Source: Aduncisulcus paluster
Lineage: Eukaryota
Direction of reading: 5' to 3'
NCBI GenBank assembly: GCA_024181965.1
Contig: BQXS01012550.1
Coordinates: 1 to 37,007 of the forward strand
DNA length: 37,007 nt
Shown: piece after piece, positions 34,401 to 37,007 of the stretch
Position numbering within the stretch: the first letter of the stretch is position 1
Layout: each line of letters begins with the position of its first letter
The notes under the pieces: generated by a model
What the model saw: the letters and a program-made list of their open reading frames with translations, nothing else
What the model was told of the DNA's origin: nothing
Databases searched by the model: none
Program-made: the position numbers and the translations under genes

Positions 34401-34870
34401 AATATGTGGTTTCCACACTCACGGCATTACTTCTTGGTGTATCCGAGAGAGTCGTGTCCAGATATGCCGCAGAATGTTTAATCTGTTGGCTTATCCATGA
34501 GATGCAGTTGTTTGAAGTCAGAAAAGCATCTGGCATTTCAAGTTCACTTGGGAGTATTTATTCAACACAACTTAGAAGATGTTTAATGGCTCTTCTTGGA
34601 CGTGTTTACATTTTTGGTGCCAAACGGGTTGATGTTATCATAGTTTGCATTGTTGCACTGTGCATTAGCGAATATATTGGCACCGGGAGTGATAGCGAAG
34701 ACTTCGTCTCTCTTGCTGGCGAAACTTCAGGCATTTTCCTCGAAATTCTCACAGGTCCCTTAAAGGGGGAATCTCGAACCTTTTTGCTCAGCATTTTCAA
34801 TGATTTCCCAATGCTAAGAACCTGGAAAGGGGTGAAAGGGAGAAACCTTGAAAGCATCATTGAAGAGTGA
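28420..34870 (+). CDS. Large alpha-solenoid (HEAT/ARM-like) protein, about 1873 aa after collapsing the duplication; split into two ORFs in the track
   Basis: Leu-rich amphipathic helices with HEAT-like turns (SHPSNRVRKQCVIAL, DDERFRAVAAKELSRL, LDKNQEVRKVAAHIF). Removing 829 nt (30674 equivalent to 31503) gives one 5622-nt frame. Confidence 0.75.
30674..31910. repeat. About 400-bp block in three copies around the gap at 31483-31502; probable misassembly
   Basis: Copies at about 30674-31079, 31083-31468 and 31503-31908. The second is frameshifted with chimeric junctions. AGGGACATCA occurs at both ends of the block. Confidence 0.88.
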
Positions 34871-35142
34871 ACTGATGATCATCAAAACAAATAGTTTATG
34901 AAAACTGGTAAATTTATTTTCTGTCATCGCCACTCGGTCGAATATCAATTTGAGCGGTGACAAAATAGAGTCGAATCATTAAAATTTTAAACTTTAAAAT
35001 TTAAAGAGATTAAATCGACAATAGATGATTATTAATTCATTCATGATTGATACATATTGATAATCTTTTTGTTATTTACAGATCTAGAAAACATTCACTC
35101 AACTTGGTGGAATCCATGATTGATTGCCATTTCATAGTAAAA

Positions 35143-37007
35143 TCATTTTCCCTCTTCCTTCAACGGATCTACTTTCGTTTTCAATCTAGTCTTTTTCTTT
35201 TTCTTGATAGTTCCAGATGAACTTGATGATTTCTCTTGCTTACTTCCCCTTTTACCTTTGTGCGAATGATGTTTACCTTTGTCTTTCTTTGAGTGTTTCC
35301 CTCCATCCTTCTTTGTTTTTGAAGATTTTTTGGAACTGTCTTTGGGTTTTTTCACCCTTCGTCTTAGAGTAACTTTTTCTTTCTTGGAGGCGGTGCCACT
35401 CGACAATTTTGCAGGAGAAGCAACCGAATTCGAAGAGTCATCATGCCTAATTATTTCAGATGTATCAGTATCCTTTACAGACACAAGAGATGTTCCAGAG
35501 GATTGCAAAACACTAGATTTCATCGATTCAGCCGGAGAGAGAGGGGGTGAATCAATTCCAAAGGAAGGATATATTGATGCATCGTTAATACTATGATCTG
35601 CATCCAAATTTGAGGAGTTTGAAGATTTTCCAAGGGGGGAACAATATTTTTTGAGAACTAAAAATATAACTAGTCCAGTTCCAGCAACCAAACAAACAGA
35701 TAAACCAATCAAAATACCAAGAACACCTTGAGTAATCCAAGTTCTTGCATTTTCACACAATATACCATCAGATCCATTAATGCACATACACAAATAGGAA
35801 TTTCCTTGCAAAACACAGTATCCTTGATCATTACAAAGCTCAAGATCATCTTGGGAAGATTTACAAGTTAGTTCGGTGCATAATTGCCCACCATATCCAT
35901 AATCGCAAACACATCCATTTGAGGTACAAGTACCGTAACTATTGTCGCTTCCACAACCTTCACAATCTGAATTTGTAATACAAAGTCCAGTCACAGTGGA
36001 TAAATAGGCATTAGATTCACATTGACAAATTCCATATCTGGAACATGTGCCATTTTCTCCACAAATATTTCCATTCCCATCAGAGAGACACAAAGACTCA
36101 CTACAATCATCACCATCCCAACCAGAAAGGCAGGAACACACAGCTTCTTCCTCATTATTGACACATAATCCATTTCCATTACAATCAGTTGCACTACTGC
36201 ATTCAGCCATACAATGTCTTCCAGCCCAACCATCAGTACAAATACACTCTCCAACATTCGTGGCACAAATACCATGGATACAATTACAAGCGTCTGATAC
36301 GATACAAGCACCATCACTCTCGTATGCAGCGGAAGAACATACACACGTGCTGGTTGATGAGTCACACACTTGGTTCTCAGAAACCAAACAGGCATCATCA
36401 CACACGTTCTCCAGCTGACTGGAAGCACCAACTACAGTGATGTCACCGAAGAAGTCATCGGGAATCCCGGAAATGATGTTACCATCAATGTTCAGATCAG
36501 TCAAGTTGTCAAAGAGATGCGTGGCGATAATGGTAAGATCAGAGACGGCATTGTCACTCAAATCGAGGGAATTGAGGTTGTCGAGACCAATGATACCAGT
36601 CTCTTGTAAGGCAATATCGTCGAGAGAGCAGTTGCTCAACGTCAAGGAAGTGAGTGTGTCGAGTGATCCAATTGTATCGATATTGCTTACGGCGGTCAAA
36701 TCCACGTCGTCAATGCTCAATTCCTCCAACGACTCGCAATACTCAAGCCCGCTGAGGTCAGAGATCGGCAGGAAACTCGAATCGATGGTTAAGGATGTGA
36801 GTGATGCCAGGTCACTCTCGTACAGGGTACAATCAGACTCGTTCGTCTCATCAAGGGCCGCACAAATGGCAGCGTGCAGCCCAGCATCAATGTTGATGGA
36901 AGGATCAACATCACTGCACGTGTCTCCAGTGAACCCAGGAACACACACACAACCGTCGGGGAAAACACAGGTACCATTGTCAGAGCACCCTTCGCACGCA
37001 TCGAATT
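35143..37007 (-). CDS. Type I membrane surface protein: EGF, LRR block, multiple EGF-like repeats, TM helix, Ser/Lys-rich cytoplasmic tail; 5'-partial
   Basis: Frame is open to the window end (FDACEGCSDNGTCVFPDGCVCVPGFTGDTC). LRRs LTSLTLSNCSL, LNSLDLSDNAV and LTDLNIDGNII; EGF motifs CxCxxGWxGxxC; TM segment GVLGILIGLSVCLVAGTGLVIFLVL followed by KK. Confidence 0.92.
   Translation of the reverse strand, partial: FDACEGCSDNGTCVFPDGCVCVPGFTGDTCSDVDPSINIDAGLHAAICAALDETNESDCTLYESDLASLTSLTIDSSFLPISDLSGLEYCESLEELSIDDVDLTAVSNIDTIGSLDTLTSLTLSNCSLDDIALQETGIIGLDNLNSLDLSDNAVSDLTIIATHLFDNLTDLNIDGNIISGIPDDFFGDITVVGASSQLENVCDDACLVSENQVCDSSTSTCVCSSAAYESDGACIVSDACNCIHGICATNVGECICTDGWAGRHCMAECSSATDCNGNGLCVNNEEEAVCSCLSGWDGDDCSESLCLSDGNGNICGENGTCSRYGICQCESNAYLSTVTGLCITNSDCEGCGSDNSYGTCTSNGCVCDYGYGGQLCTELTCKSSQDDLELCNDQGYCVLQGNSYLCMCINGSDGILCENARTWITQGVLGILIGLSVCLVAGTGLVIFLVLKKYCSPLGKSSNSSNLDADHSINDASIYPSFGIDSPPLSPAESMKSSVLQSSGTSLVSVKDTDTSEIIRHDDSSNSVASPAKLSSGTASKKEKVTLRRRVKKPKDSSKKSSKTKKDGGKHSKKDKGKHHSHKGKRGSKQEKSSSSSGTIKKKKKTRLKTKVDPLKEEGK

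Noticed and set aside
34979-35006. AT-only palindromes (TTAAAATTTTAA and CTTTAAAATTTAAAG)
   Set aside because: Expected by chance in very AT-rich spacer DNA.
1-37007. Alternative genetic code or selenocysteine readthrough
   Set aside because: Conserved genes end appropriately at TAA, TAG and TGA, and no in-frame stops interrupt conserved domains.

Overview
Gene-dense AT-rich eukaryotic scaffold using the standard genetic code (TAA, TAG and TGA all end genes), with short GT-AG introns near gene 5' ends and four 20-N gaps. Gene content and style suggest a free-living protist, possibly a fornicate/metamonad such as Aduncisulcus; this is inference only. About 16 protein-coding genes: a CH-domain coiled-coil protein (partial), a myristoylated BORCS5-like protein, an FKBP-TPR immunophilin with an N-terminal His/Cys-rich (HSCGCGCE)x5 array, a long low-complexity protein with a PH-like C-terminus, an MBOAT acyltransferase, an NDRG-family pseudo-hydrolase, prolidase, a Ser-rich unknown protein, a Ubc6/UBE2J-like E2, BLOC1S2, a TAF4-like protein, a small coiled-coil protein, a kinesin, a large HEAT-like protein and a partial EGF-LRR-EGF-TM surface protein. 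Every gap is flanked by duplicated sequence, so the apparent internal repeats in four genes are mostly assembly artefacts. No rRNA, tRNA, CRISPR or mobile element was recognised. No clearly new multi-gene system is evident. The best leads are the putative metal-binding immunophilin and two BORC-like subunits about 19 kb apart.
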